From positions 269,714 through 333,713 of the forward strand of contig CAWJAW010000003.1 of the NCBI GenBank assembly GCA_963840965.1: DNA of 64,000 nucleotides. Direction: 5' to 3'. The DNA is from an uncultured Bacteroidales bacterium (lineage in GTDB: Bacteria; Bacteroidota; Bacteroidia; Bacteroidales; VadinHA17). This document shows, piece after piece, positions 53,794-62,594 of this stretch (positions within the stretch are counted from its first letter, which is position 1; each line of letters starts with the position of its first letter). The position numbers and the translations under genes are program-made. Under the pieces are notes generated by a model that saw only the letters and a list, made by a program, of their open reading frames with translations, ran no database searches and had not been told where the DNA came from.

Positions 53794-55353
53794 TTATGCA
53801 TTATGGTTGTTAATATGTATTTTATCGCCAATCCTGATTTCGTTGTTATAGACAATATTAAGCATTTTCTCAGTAGCCTTTATCGCTGATTCAGTCTGAT
53901 CCCCGTCGAGTCCCTTTGTCCTGAACTCCCTGTTCCCGAAATTCCAGGTTATGACAGTCTCGACAAGGGCATCTGTTTTTCCTCCCGGAGGAATTGATAC
54001 TTCATAATCGGTAAGCGCGGGAAGTTGCTTTCCCAGCCTGTCGTATATTACCCTCAGCGCTTTCATGAAGGCGTCATACTGACCGTCACCGGAAGAGGTT
54101 TCCTGGTAAATCTTTCCATCAATTTCGATCTGAACACTCGCAAATGGTTTCAGACCGTATGAAAGTGAAAGCGAATAGTTTTTAATAAATATTTTGAAAT
54201 CACTCCTGTCGTTTCCCAGAACATCGGAGATAATGAAAGGCAGATCCTCGGTTGTCACATTTTTCTTTTTATCGCCAAGCTCAATTACGCGTTGCGTCAC
54301 TTTTGTCAGCGATTCAGGGTCCAGATCGAGACCGAATTCTTCAAGGTTTTTCCTGATTGTAGCCTTTCCCGACTGTTTTCCAAGAGCATACTTCCTTTTC
54401 CTCCCGAATCTTTCCGGTAGAAGGTTATTAAAATAAAGATTGTCTTTTGAGTCACCATCAGCATGAACCCCGGAGGTCTGTGTGAAAACATTTTCACCAA
54501 CAACCGGCTTGTTTACAGGTACTCTGATCCCGCTGAATGTCTCAACTATCTTGCTTGCCTTTGTGATCTCAAATTCATTGACCCCGGTTTCGGCTCCAAG
54601 CTGATCGTGCAGGACACCTATTACGCTCGACAGCGGTGCATTGCCAGCCCTTTCACCCAACCCGTTTATTGTTGTATGAACTCCTGTAATACCTGCCTTA
54701 ACTGCTGCGTATATATTTGCTACGGCAAGGTCATAATCGTTGTGAGGATGGAAATCGAAATTTAGTGAAGGATATCTTTCGACCATTTTTTTGCAGAAGG
54801 AATAGGTCTGATCCGGATTCAGTATGCCGAGCGTATCAGGCAGCATGAATCTTTCAATCCTGTCATCTTTCAGGCTATCAATCATGTAGAACACATAATC
54901 TTCCGAACCGATCATTCCGTTCGACCAGTCTTCAAGGTATATATTAACCTGCATATCAAGCTCCTCAGCTTTTCTGATAATGCTTCTGATATCATCCACA
55001 TGATGTTCGGGTGTCTTGCGCAGCTGCTTTTCGAGATGTCTTAATGATCCTTTGCAGAGAAGGTTGATAACTTTTCCTCCAGCGTCGTGGATCCATCTGA
55101 TTGAAATATCCCCGTCAATAAATCCAAGAACTTCGACTTTTTTCAGCAAATTATTGCGCCGGGCCCACCTGGTGATCATTTTTAGAGCTTCAATTTCGCC
55201 GGTGGAGACCCGCGCCGAGGCAACCTCGATGCGATCGACTTTCACTTCCTTTAATAAAAGCGCTGCTATGTGAAGTTTTTCTACCGGAGAATATGAAATA
55301 CCCTGCATCTGCTCCCCATCCCTGAGGGTAGTATCCATTATTTCAATTTTCAT
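53794..55353 (-). CDS. cimA: LeuA/CimA-family synthase, citramalate synthase-like
   Basis: [23 protein letters not shown] and a C-terminal LeuA-dimer regulatory domain. It is the second family member in the operon. The start was moved to MKIEIMDTT at 55353. Confidence 0.6.
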   Translation of the reverse strand: MKIEIMDTTLRDGEQMQGISYSPVEKLHIAALLLKEVKVDRIEVASARVSTGEIEALKMITRWARRNNLLKKVEVLGFIDGDISIRWIHDAGGKVINLLCKGSLRHLEKQLRKTPEHHVDDIRSIIRKAEELDMQVNIYLEDWSNGMIGSEDYVFYMIDSLKDDRIERFMLPDTLGILNPDQTYSFCKKMVERYPSLNFDFHPHNDYDLAVANIYAAVKAGITGVHTTINGLGERAGNAPLSSVIGVLHDQLGAETGVNEFEITKASKIVETFSGIRVPVNKPVVGENVFTQTSGVHADGDSKDNLYFNNLLPERFGRKRKYALGKQSGKATIRKNLEEFGLDLDPESLTKVTQRVIELGDKKKNVTTEDLPFIISDVLGNDRSDFKIFIKNYSLSLSYGLKPFASVQIEIDGKIYQETSSGDGQYDAFMKALRVIYDRLGKQLPALTDYEVSIPPGGKTDALVETVITWNFGNREFRTKGLDGDQTESAIKATEKMLNIVYNNEIRIGDKIHINNHNA

Positions 55354-55951
55354 CTTCTGCTTTTTTTGCCAGTTCAAACGCTGTGATAAGATCCTTCTTT
55401 GAGAGAAGATAGTCAATGTCGTCAAGCCCTTTCAGAAGGCATTCCTTTTTATAGGGATTTATTTCAAAGTGTACCGTATCGCCGTCGGGGACTATTGAAA
55501 TAACCTGATTTTCAAGATCTATCCGGACAAGCTGATCAGGATTAATACGTACCAGATCCATCAGGCTGTCAAGGAATTTCTCCGGAACGACAACCGGAAG
55601 CAGTCCGTTGTTAAGCGAATTGTTCCTGAAGATGTCGGCAAAAAAACTCGAGACCACTGCCCTGAACCCGTAGTCGTAAATAGCCCATACGGCATGTTCC
55701 CTGCTGGAACCGCTTCCGAAATTCTTTCCTGCCACAAGGATCTTTCCCCTGTAACGGTCGTTGTTCAGAATGAAATCCTTGTTCTTTTGTCCCGACTTGT
55801 CATAACGCCAGTCGCGGAACAGGTTTTCACCGAATCCTTCCCTTGTAGTTGCGCTAAGGAACCGCGCCGGGATTATCTGATCGGTATCGATGTTCTCGAA
55901 TGAAAGAGGAACACAAGCAGATTCGAGCAATTTGAATTTTTCTTTTGGCAT
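55343..55951 (-). CDS. leuD: 3-isopropylmalate dehydratase small subunit
   Basis: 202 aa with NIDTDQIIPARFL and GSSREHA motifs. Confidence 0.9.
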   Translation of the reverse strand: MPKEKFKLLESACVPLSFENIDTDQIIPARFLSATTREGFGENLFRDWRYDKSGQKNKDFILNNDRYRGKILVAGKNFGSGSSREHAVWAIYDYGFRAVVSSFFADIFRNNSLNNGLLPVVVPEKFLDSLMDLVRINPDQLVRIDLENQVISIVPDGDTVHFEINPYKKECLLKGLDDIDYLLSKKDLITAFELAKKAEDEN

Positions 55952-55972
55952 TTTAATCTCCTTTAAATAGTT

Positions 55973-57376
55973 CTAACGGATGAATTCGCGCGGATCGGTC
56001 ACTTTTCCCGTAATGGCTGCAGCGGCTGCTACCAGAGGACTGGCAAGCAGCGTTCTGGAACCGGGACCCTGGCGGCCTTCAAAATTCCTGTTGGTGGTTG
56101 AAACAGCATAATTGCCTGCCGGGATCTTGTCCTCATTCATGGCCAGGCATGAAGAGCATCCTGGCTGCCTCAGCTCAAATCCGGCCTTCATCAATATGAT
56201 GTCTATACCTTCGCTTACCGCCTGTTTTTCAACGGCTTTTGATCCGGGCACTATAAGAGCGGTTATACCCGGTGCTTTCTTCTTTCCCTTTACAATCCGG
56301 GCAAAATCCCTGAGGTCCTCAATGCGGCCATTGGTACAGCTTCCGACAAAGACATAGTCGACCGGATGTCCCAGTAGCTTCATTCCAGGAACAAATCCCA
56401 TATAATCGAGCGATTTAAGGAATGAAGGTGTATCATCGGCACTTATGTTATCGATAGCAGGAACGGAATCATCAATTGCCATTCCCATCCCGGGATTTGT
56501 ACCGAATGTTATCATGGGTCTGATCAGGCTCCCGTTTATTTCAAGTTCACGGTCGAAGACTGCTCCGGGATCGCTCTGGAATTCTTTCCATTCAGAAAGA
56601 AGGGCGTCCCAGTCAAATCCGGGTGCGAATGATTTGAGGTCCTTCAGATACTTCATTGTTGTATCGTCAGGAGCTATCAATCCGCCGCGGGCACCCATTT
56701 CGATGCTCATGTTACAAACTGTCATTCTTCCTTCCATGCTGAGATCCCTGATAACGGAACCGGCATATTCAACAAAATAGCCTGTAGCCCCGCCTGTTGA
56801 GACATGGGAAATGATATACATGATCACATCTTTTGCAGTTACTCCTTTACCGAGCTTCCCGTTAACGGTTATTCTCATTTTTTTCGGTTTGGGCTGGAGT
56901 ATGCACTGGGTTGCAAGCACCATCTCGACCTCGCTTGTGCCAATGCCGAATGCCACTGCGCCAAAGGCTCCATGTGTTGATGTGTGACTATCGCCGCATA
57001 CGATTGTCATGCCAGGTCTTGTATAACCCATCTCCGGACCGATTACATGTACAATACCGTTCGACGGATGATTAAGGCCGAAATACTCTATGCCTGAATC
57101 GCGGCAGTTTTCTGAAAGCCTGTCGACCTGATTTCTCGAGAGTTCATCCCTGATCGGCTTATCCTGGTCCTTTGTTGGAATATTGTGATCGGCGGTGGCC
57201 AGGGTCCGCCCGGGCCTGAACACCGGGATGCCTCTTTTTTTCAGACCGTTAAAGGCTTGTGGACTGGTAACCTCATGTATAAAATGCTGGTCGATGTAAA
57301 GTATGTCGGGTCCGTTTTCAACCGATTGGACTACATGAGAATCCCAGATCTTGTCAAATAATGTTTTTGGCTCCAT
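55973..57376 (-). CDS. leuC: 3-isopropylmalate dehydratase large subunit
   Basis: 467 aa aconitase-family ORF (VCGDSHT, GSCTNGR). Confidence 0.9.
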   Translation of the reverse strand: MEPKTLFDKIWDSHVVQSVENGPDILYIDQHFIHEVTSPQAFNGLKKRGIPVFRPGRTLATADHNIPTKDQDKPIRDELSRNQVDRLSENCRDSGIEYFGLNHPSNGIVHVIGPEMGYTRPGMTIVCGDSHTSTHGAFGAVAFGIGTSEVEMVLATQCILQPKPKKMRITVNGKLGKGVTAKDVIMYIISHVSTGGATGYFVEYAGSVIRDLSMEGRMTVCNMSIEMGARGGLIAPDDTTMKYLKDLKSFAPGFDWDALLSEWKEFQSDPGAVFDRELEINGSLIRPMITFGTNPGMGMAIDDSVPAIDNISADDTPSFLKSLDYMGFVPGMKLLGHPVDYVFVGSCTNGRIEDLRDFARIVKGKKKAPGITALIVPGSKAVEKQAVSEGIDIILMKAGFELRQPGCSSCLAMNEDKIPAGNYAVSTTNRNFEGRQGPGSRTLLASPLVAAAAAITGKVTDPREFIR

Positions 57377-57396
57377 TGAGTAATATTTTGTTAATT

Positions 57397-57479
57397 CTGC
57401 CTCCCCTTTGTCTCCCTGCTGCTTTGCCCCTCTGCTGTTTTACCCCCCAACCCCCCTGAAGGGGGGTAAGAGTTGGGGG
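57397..57479. repeat. leuA-leuC spacer: 16-mer tandem repeat plus a poly-C/poly-G bulged hairpin
   Basis: CTTTGTCTCCCTGCTG / CTTTGCCCCTCTGCTG (13 of 16 identical) plus a partial unit. It is followed by CCCCCAA-CCCCCC-tgaa-GGGGGG-taagag-TTGGGGG. Confidence 0.75.
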
Positions 57480-57486
57480 TGCAGGG

Positions 57487-58980
57487 TCATTTTATTTTCG
57501 ATATTGCATCGATGAAAGCCTCTACAGAGGCGGTTACTATGTCAATATTTGCGGAAAAGCCATAATAGATCTTGCCTTCATGTTCTATCTGGATGTGCAC
57601 CTTGCCAATATCATCGCTTCCTTTTGTGATAGCCTGAATAAGAAACTCCTCGAGGTGGACGGTTTTGCTTATAAGCGATTTTACGGCGGTAAAGGCCGCA
57701 TCAATTGGTCCGTTCCCCGAAGCTGTTGCCATGTGAACTTCCCCGTTGATTTTGATCCCCACCGTTGCCACGGGAACAGTTGATCTTCCGCAGGTGACTT
57801 GAAGCGTTTCGAGCTTGAGCGACTTCTCTCCGGCAAATACCTCGCCCGACAGAATTCTCAGGTCCTCATCGTTTATTTCCTTCTTTTTATCGGCAAGATT
57901 CAGAAAACGGTGGTAAATATCATCCAGTTCTTCCTTTCCGAAGGTAAATCCCAGCGCTTCCAGCCGGTGGTTAAGGGCAGCCCTTCCACTTCGTGCCGTC
58001 AGTATTATCGACGATTCCTTTATTCCTACCTCATGAGGATCGATTATTTCATAATTCTCCCTGTATTTAAGGACCCCGTCCTGATGGATCCCGGAAGAGT
58101 GGGCGAAAGCGTTTCTTCCCACTATTGCCTTGTTGGCCTGAACAGGCATGCTCATCAGGTTGGAGACCATCCTGCTTGTGCTGAATATCAGTTTTGAGTT
58201 AATGTCGGTTTTAAGTTTCATGGAATGATGACTCTTTATTATCATAGCCACCTCTTCGAGGGAAGTGTTGCCGGCCCTCTCTCCGATGCCGTTCATGGTA
58301 ACTTCCACCTGCCTGGCACCGTTTAGAACACCCATAATGGTGTTGGCAGTTGCCATTCCAAGATCATTGTGACAATGTGTCGAGATAACCGCTTTGTCGA
58401 TGTTTCTGACGTTCTCCATCAGATACCTGATCTTTGCCCCGTATTCCTCGGGAAGGCAGTAGCCTGTTGTGTCGGGGATGTTAACAACCGTAGCCCCGGC
58501 CTTTATAACCGCTTCGATAACCTGTGCAAGATATTCATTCTCGCTTCTTCCTGCATCCTCAGCATAGAACTCGACATCCTCCACGAATTTTTTGGCGTAT
58601 TTGACCGCATCGACTGCTCTTTTGAGGATCTCCTCAGGAGTTGTCCTGATCTTGTATTTTATATGAAAGGGGGAAGTACCTATTCCAGTATGTATCCTCT
58701 TTCTTTTGGCATATTGGAGAGCTTCGGCCGCTACTTCTATATCCTTTTTTACCGCTCTTGTGAGAGCGCATATCACCGGATTTGAGATGGCTTTGGATAT
58801 TTCCACCACCGACCTGAAATCGCCCGGGCTGGAAATCGGAAAGCCCGATTCAATGACGTCAACTCCCAGGTCTTCAAGAGCCCTGGCTACCTGAATTTTT
58901 TCAACTGTATTCAGCTGGCACCCGGGCACCTGCTCTCCGTCGCGGAGGGTCGTGTCGAAGATGTATACTTTTTCTTCCAT
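57487..58980 (-). CDS. leuA: 2-isopropylmalate synthase
   Basis: 497 aa with [23 protein letters not shown] and a C-terminal LeuA-dimer domain. Confidence 0.9.
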   Translation of the reverse strand: MEEKVYIFDTTLRDGEQVPGCQLNTVEKIQVARALEDLGVDVIESGFPISSPGDFRSVVEISKAISNPVICALTRAVKKDIEVAAEALQYAKRKRIHTGIGTSPFHIKYKIRTTPEEILKRAVDAVKYAKKFVEDVEFYAEDAGRSENEYLAQVIEAVIKAGATVVNIPDTTGYCLPEEYGAKIRYLMENVRNIDKAVISTHCHNDLGMATANTIMGVLNGARQVEVTMNGIGERAGNTSLEEVAMIIKSHHSMKLKTDINSKLIFSTSRMVSNLMSMPVQANKAIVGRNAFAHSSGIHQDGVLKYRENYEIIDPHEVGIKESSIILTARSGRAALNHRLEALGFTFGKEELDDIYHRFLNLADKKKEINDEDLRILSGEVFAGEKSLKLETLQVTCGRSTVPVATVGIKINGEVHMATASGNGPIDAAFTAVKSLISKTVHLEEFLIQAITKGSDDIGKVHIQIEHEGKIYYGFSANIDIVTASVEAFIDAISKIK

Positions 58981-59001
58981 CGTAATTTGGTTTTTTTTGT
59001 T

Positions 59002-60051
59002 TTATTTCTTTACCGGCCTTAACTTTCTTACTGCAGCACCAGTCTTCCATAATTCGGAGTTCCCAAGCTCAGACAGTTCAGCGTTAAGGAGTTCCTTGTA
59101 ATTCGGTAATCCGGTCGACTGCAGCACCCTGACGCACTCTTCACCCGATTTAACTTTGTTGTAAAGATCAGTGAAGACCGGAAGGGTTGCTTCCATGAAC
59201 TTCGGACGCCAGTCGAGCGCACCACGCTGTGCTGTGGCACTGCAGTTCGAGTACATCCAGTCCATTCCTTTTTCATCGACAAGCCTGATAAGGCTCTGTG
59301 TCAGCTCTTCAACGGTTTCATTGAAGGCTTCGGAGGGAGAATGACCGTTTTCGCGTAGAACCTGGTACTGGGCATCCATGATACCTGCAAGCGCTCCCAT
59401 GAGAACTCCCCGTTCACCCGTAAGGTCGGAAAAAACCTCTTTTTCAAATGTGGTGGGGAAGAGATATCCTGATCCGATAGCTATGCCAAGGGCAAGAATA
59501 CGGTCGGTTGCCCTGCCGGTGAAATCCTGGAATACCGAATAGCTTGAGTTGATGCCAGTACCCGCAAGGAAATTCCTCCTTACGCTTGTACCGGAACCTT
59601 TCGGCGCACAAAGGATGACATCTATATTCTCCGGAGGGATTACTCCCGTGTGCTCCTTGTATGTTATTGAGAAACCGTGTGAGAAGTAAAGGGCATCTCC
59701 CGCCTTAAGGCATGGCTTGATTCTGGGCCATAGTGTCCTCTGTGCTGCGTCCGATACCAGGTATTGGATGATAGTGGCTTTTTTTGCTGCTTCATCAACA
59801 TCAAAAAGGTTCTTTCCGGGAACAAACCCGTCAGCCACTGCCTTGTCCCAGTCAGCCCTGAATTCCGGAGCCTGGCCTATGATAACATTTATACCATTGT
59901 CCTTCATGTTAAGAGCCTGTGCCGGTCCCTGTACTCCGTAGCCGATAACTGCTATAGTTTCATTCTTAAGTACTTCGCGTGCCTTTTCCAGAGTGAATTC
60001 TTCCCTTGTTACAACATCTTCAAGGATTCCGCCAAAATCGATTTTTGCCAT
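59002..60051 (-). CDS. ilvC: ketol-acid reductoisomerase
   Basis: 349 aa with VIGYGVQGPAQALN and the typical C-terminal knotted domain. Confidence 0.9.
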   Translation of the reverse strand: MAKIDFGGILEDVVTREEFTLEKAREVLKNETIAVIGYGVQGPAQALNMKDNGINVIIGQAPEFRADWDKAVADGFVPGKNLFDVDEAAKKATIIQYLVSDAAQRTLWPRIKPCLKAGDALYFSHGFSITYKEHTGVIPPENIDVILCAPKGSGTSVRRNFLAGTGINSSYSVFQDFTGRATDRILALGIAIGSGYLFPTTFEKEVFSDLTGERGVLMGALAGIMDAQYQVLRENGHSPSEAFNETVEELTQSLIRLVDEKGMDWMYSNCSATAQRGALDWRPKFMEATLPVFTDLYNKVKSGEECVRVLQSTGLPNYKELLNAELSELGNSELWKTGAAVRKLRPVKK

Positions 60052-60136
60052 GGTATTAGTTTTTTGTTAGTTTTTTGTTTTTTTTAGTGTTCTATTCTTT
60101 AAATCTTGTTTACTTATCCGGGCAGCCCGGCCGCCA

Positions 60137-60700
60137 TTAATTATATGTATCAAAGTTGTCGGGCCTCTGCTGATTTGCCTCATCCATCTCCTCAAGATAG
60201 GCATGAAGCTCCTTGACCTGCCTGGTTATGGCTACCCTGCCCGACCTTACAAACTGCAAAACCCCGCATGGCTCCAGAAGATGCAACAGATCGTTGATCT
60301 GCGTTTTGTGCCCTGTCCGTTCAATCACCATGAACTCAGGGTGGACCTCCAGGATGCGTGCGTTATGGTCGCGGACAATGCGATCGATAAGGTTGCCCGA
60401 CATAAGGCCCTTGGTCCTGACTTTATAAAGAGCCAGTTCCTGGTAAATTATTTCATCGGAGGTGTGAACAAAAACCTTAAGAACCTCAACAATCTTTTGC
60501 ATCTGCTTTACCACCTTCTGTACCATCTCAGGGGTTGTCCTGACAACAAGGGTGAGAATTTGAACGCCCTTTACTGCTGATTCTGAGGCCGTTATACTTT
60601 CAATGTTTATCTGCCTTCTCGTAAGGATGATTGTTATCTGGTTCGTTATCCCTATGTGATCCTCCGAAAAGATTGATATTGTAAATTCCTGTGTGTTCAT
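60137..60700 (-). CDS. ilvN: acetolactate synthase small (regulatory) subunit
   Basis: ACT domain start TISIFSEDHIGITNQIT, 187 aa. Confidence 0.85.
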   Translation of the reverse strand: MNTQEFTISIFSEDHIGITNQITIILTRRQINIESITASESAVKGVQILTLVVRTTPEMVQKVVKQMQKIVEVLKVFVHTSDEIIYQELALYKVRTKGLMSGNLIDRIVRDHNARILEVHPEFMVIERTGHKTQINDLLHLLEPCGVLQFVRSGRVAITRQVKELHAYLEEMDEANQQRPDNFDTYN

Positions 60701-60743
60701 AATGAATATTTTACTTCTTTTTGTTAATGTCCTCTGTTCCCCG

Positions 60744-60797
60744 CCCCCTGAGCCCTGAGCCCTGAGCCCTGCGGCCTGCCTTCAGGGTGATTCAGGG
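60744..60797. repeat. ilvB-ilvN spacer: (CCCTGAG)x3-5 followed by two inverted TTCAGGG copies
   Basis: Reads ccctgagccctgagccctgagccctgcggcctgcc then ttcagggtgattcagggc. The direct heptamers and inverted copies allow several alternative hairpin registers. Confidence 0.8.
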
Positions 60798-60801
60798 CAT
60801 A

Positions 60802-62553
60802 TTATTTGTAAGTTAGTGTTACTTCTGAAACCGAGGCCCCCGGTTCGATCATCGGAAGCACGTTAGCTTCCTTGTCGATCCTGACATCCAGTATATATGG
60901 TCCTTTTGAATCAAGCATATCCTTGATTGAATCCTTCAATTCCTTTCTTTCTGTAACTGTTTTAGCCGGAATGCCGTATCCTGAGGCAATTGTAACAAAA
61001 TCAGGATTGACGAGCTCGGTTGATGCGTATCTTTTATCGAAGAACATGTCCTGCCATTGCCGAACCATGCCAAGAAATCCGTTGTTCAGTATGATTAGTT
61101 TAACAGGTATCCTATAATGAAGAATTGTGCCCAGTTCCTGTATTGTCATCTGAAACCCTCCGTCGCCGATAAATGCCACAACCTGTTTGCCGGGGTTTCC
61201 TATTTTTGCACCGACTGCTGCAGGCAGACCAAATCCCATGGTTCCCATTCCTCCTGATGTTACAAGGCTGTTGGGACTGGAAAATTTGAAGTACCGTGCT
61301 ACCGACATCTGATTCTGGCCTACATCGGTTACAGCTATGGCGTCGCCCCCGGTGAGTTCCGAAACAAGCCTGACCACTTCTCCCATTTTTATCTTGCCTT
61401 CTGCAGGCATTGTTTCCGGTTTGATTACCTTTTCCTGTTCCGTCCTGTCCAGAATCCGGAATTCCCTTATCCAGTTCTCATGTTTGTTTTCGTGCACCAG
61501 GGGGATCAGGTGTTTGAGGACCTCACGTGCGTCATTATTAATTTCGAGGTCGACCGTTACATTCTTGTTGATCTCGGCATCATCTATCTCGATATGGATG
61601 ATCCTGGCATTTTTTGCATATTTCTTCAGGTTACCTGTCACCCTGTCGTCGAAGCGCATTCCGATTGCAATGATCAGATCGGCTTCGTTGGTAAGGATGT
61701 TTGGAGCGTAATTTCCGTGCATGCCTAGGTAGCCTGCGTAAAGGCGGTGAGCGGATGGGAAGGCTGAAAGGCCAAGCAGAGTCATCGCCACCGGAATCCC
61801 GGTTTTCTCAGCAAACTGTAAAAGTTCCTTTTCCGCCCTCGAAATAAGCACCCCATGTCCTGCAAGAATCAGAGGTTTTTCAGCATGGTTGATCATAATG
61901 GCCGCTGATTCTATAGCTCTTGTGCGTAAAGGGATGGTGGGATTATAACTTCTCAGGTAATTGCATTTTTTGTACCTGAACTCAATTTTCTCAATTTGAG
62001 CATCCTTGGTGATGTCGATAAGTACCGGTCCGGGCCTGCCTGAACACGCTATGAAAAACGCTTTTGCCAGTGTTTCAGGAATATCCTGGGCTTTTTTTAC
62101 CTGGGCGTTCCATTTGGTAACGGGCATCGATACTCCGATAATATCGGTTTCCTGGAAAGCGTCAGTCCCGATCAGATTTGAGACCACCTGTGCAGTGACG
62201 AATACCATTGGGACGGAATCGAGGTAAGCATTGGCAATACCTGTTATAAGATTTGTAGCTCCGGGTCCGGATGTGGCAAAGCAAATACCGGGTTTTCCTG
62301 TTACCATTGCATAAGCCTGTGCTGCATGTGCTGCACCCTGCTCATGACGTGTCAGAATATGGTGGAGCTTGTCCTGGTAGTCAAGAAGTTTGTCATACAC
62401 CGGCATGATTGCTCCGCCGGGATAACCGAAAATTGTATTTACCCCTTCCTCGACCAGGGCTCTGAGTATAGCCTCGGCACCGGTAATTATCTCATGTCCG
62501 TTAGTATTTTCAGCAACCTTTACCTTTTCTTTCTTTGTCTTCATCTGACTCAA
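60802..62553 (-). CDS. ilvB: acetolactate synthase large subunit
   Basis: 583-aa ThDP enzyme (GYPGGAIMP, GDGGFQM). Confidence 0.9.
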   Translation of the reverse strand: MSQMKTKKEKVKVAENTNGHEIITGAEAILRALVEEGVNTIFGYPGGAIMPVYDKLLDYQDKLHHILTRHEQGAAHAAQAYAMVTGKPGICFATSGPGATNLITGIANAYLDSVPMVFVTAQVVSNLIGTDAFQETDIIGVSMPVTKWNAQVKKAQDIPETLAKAFFIACSGRPGPVLIDITKDAQIEKIEFRYKKCNYLRSYNPTIPLRTRAIESAAIMINHAEKPLILAGHGVLISRAEKELLQFAEKTGIPVAMTLLGLSAFPSAHRLYAGYLGMHGNYAPNILTNEADLIIAIGMRFDDRVTGNLKKYAKNARIIHIEIDDAEINKNVTVDLEINNDAREVLKHLIPLVHENKHENWIREFRILDRTEQEKVIKPETMPAEGKIKMGEVVRLVSELTGGDAIAVTDVGQNQMSVARYFKFSSPNSLVTSGGMGTMGFGLPAAVGAKIGNPGKQVVAFIGDGGFQMTIQELGTILHYRIPVKLIILNNGFLGMVRQWQDMFFDKRYASTELVNPDFVTIASGYGIPAKTVTERKELKDSIKDMLDSKGPYILDVRIDKEANVLPMIEPGASVSEVTLTYK

Positions 62554-62594
62554 ATTAACTTAATAAATGTATCTCCTGTATTCACCCACTTTCT

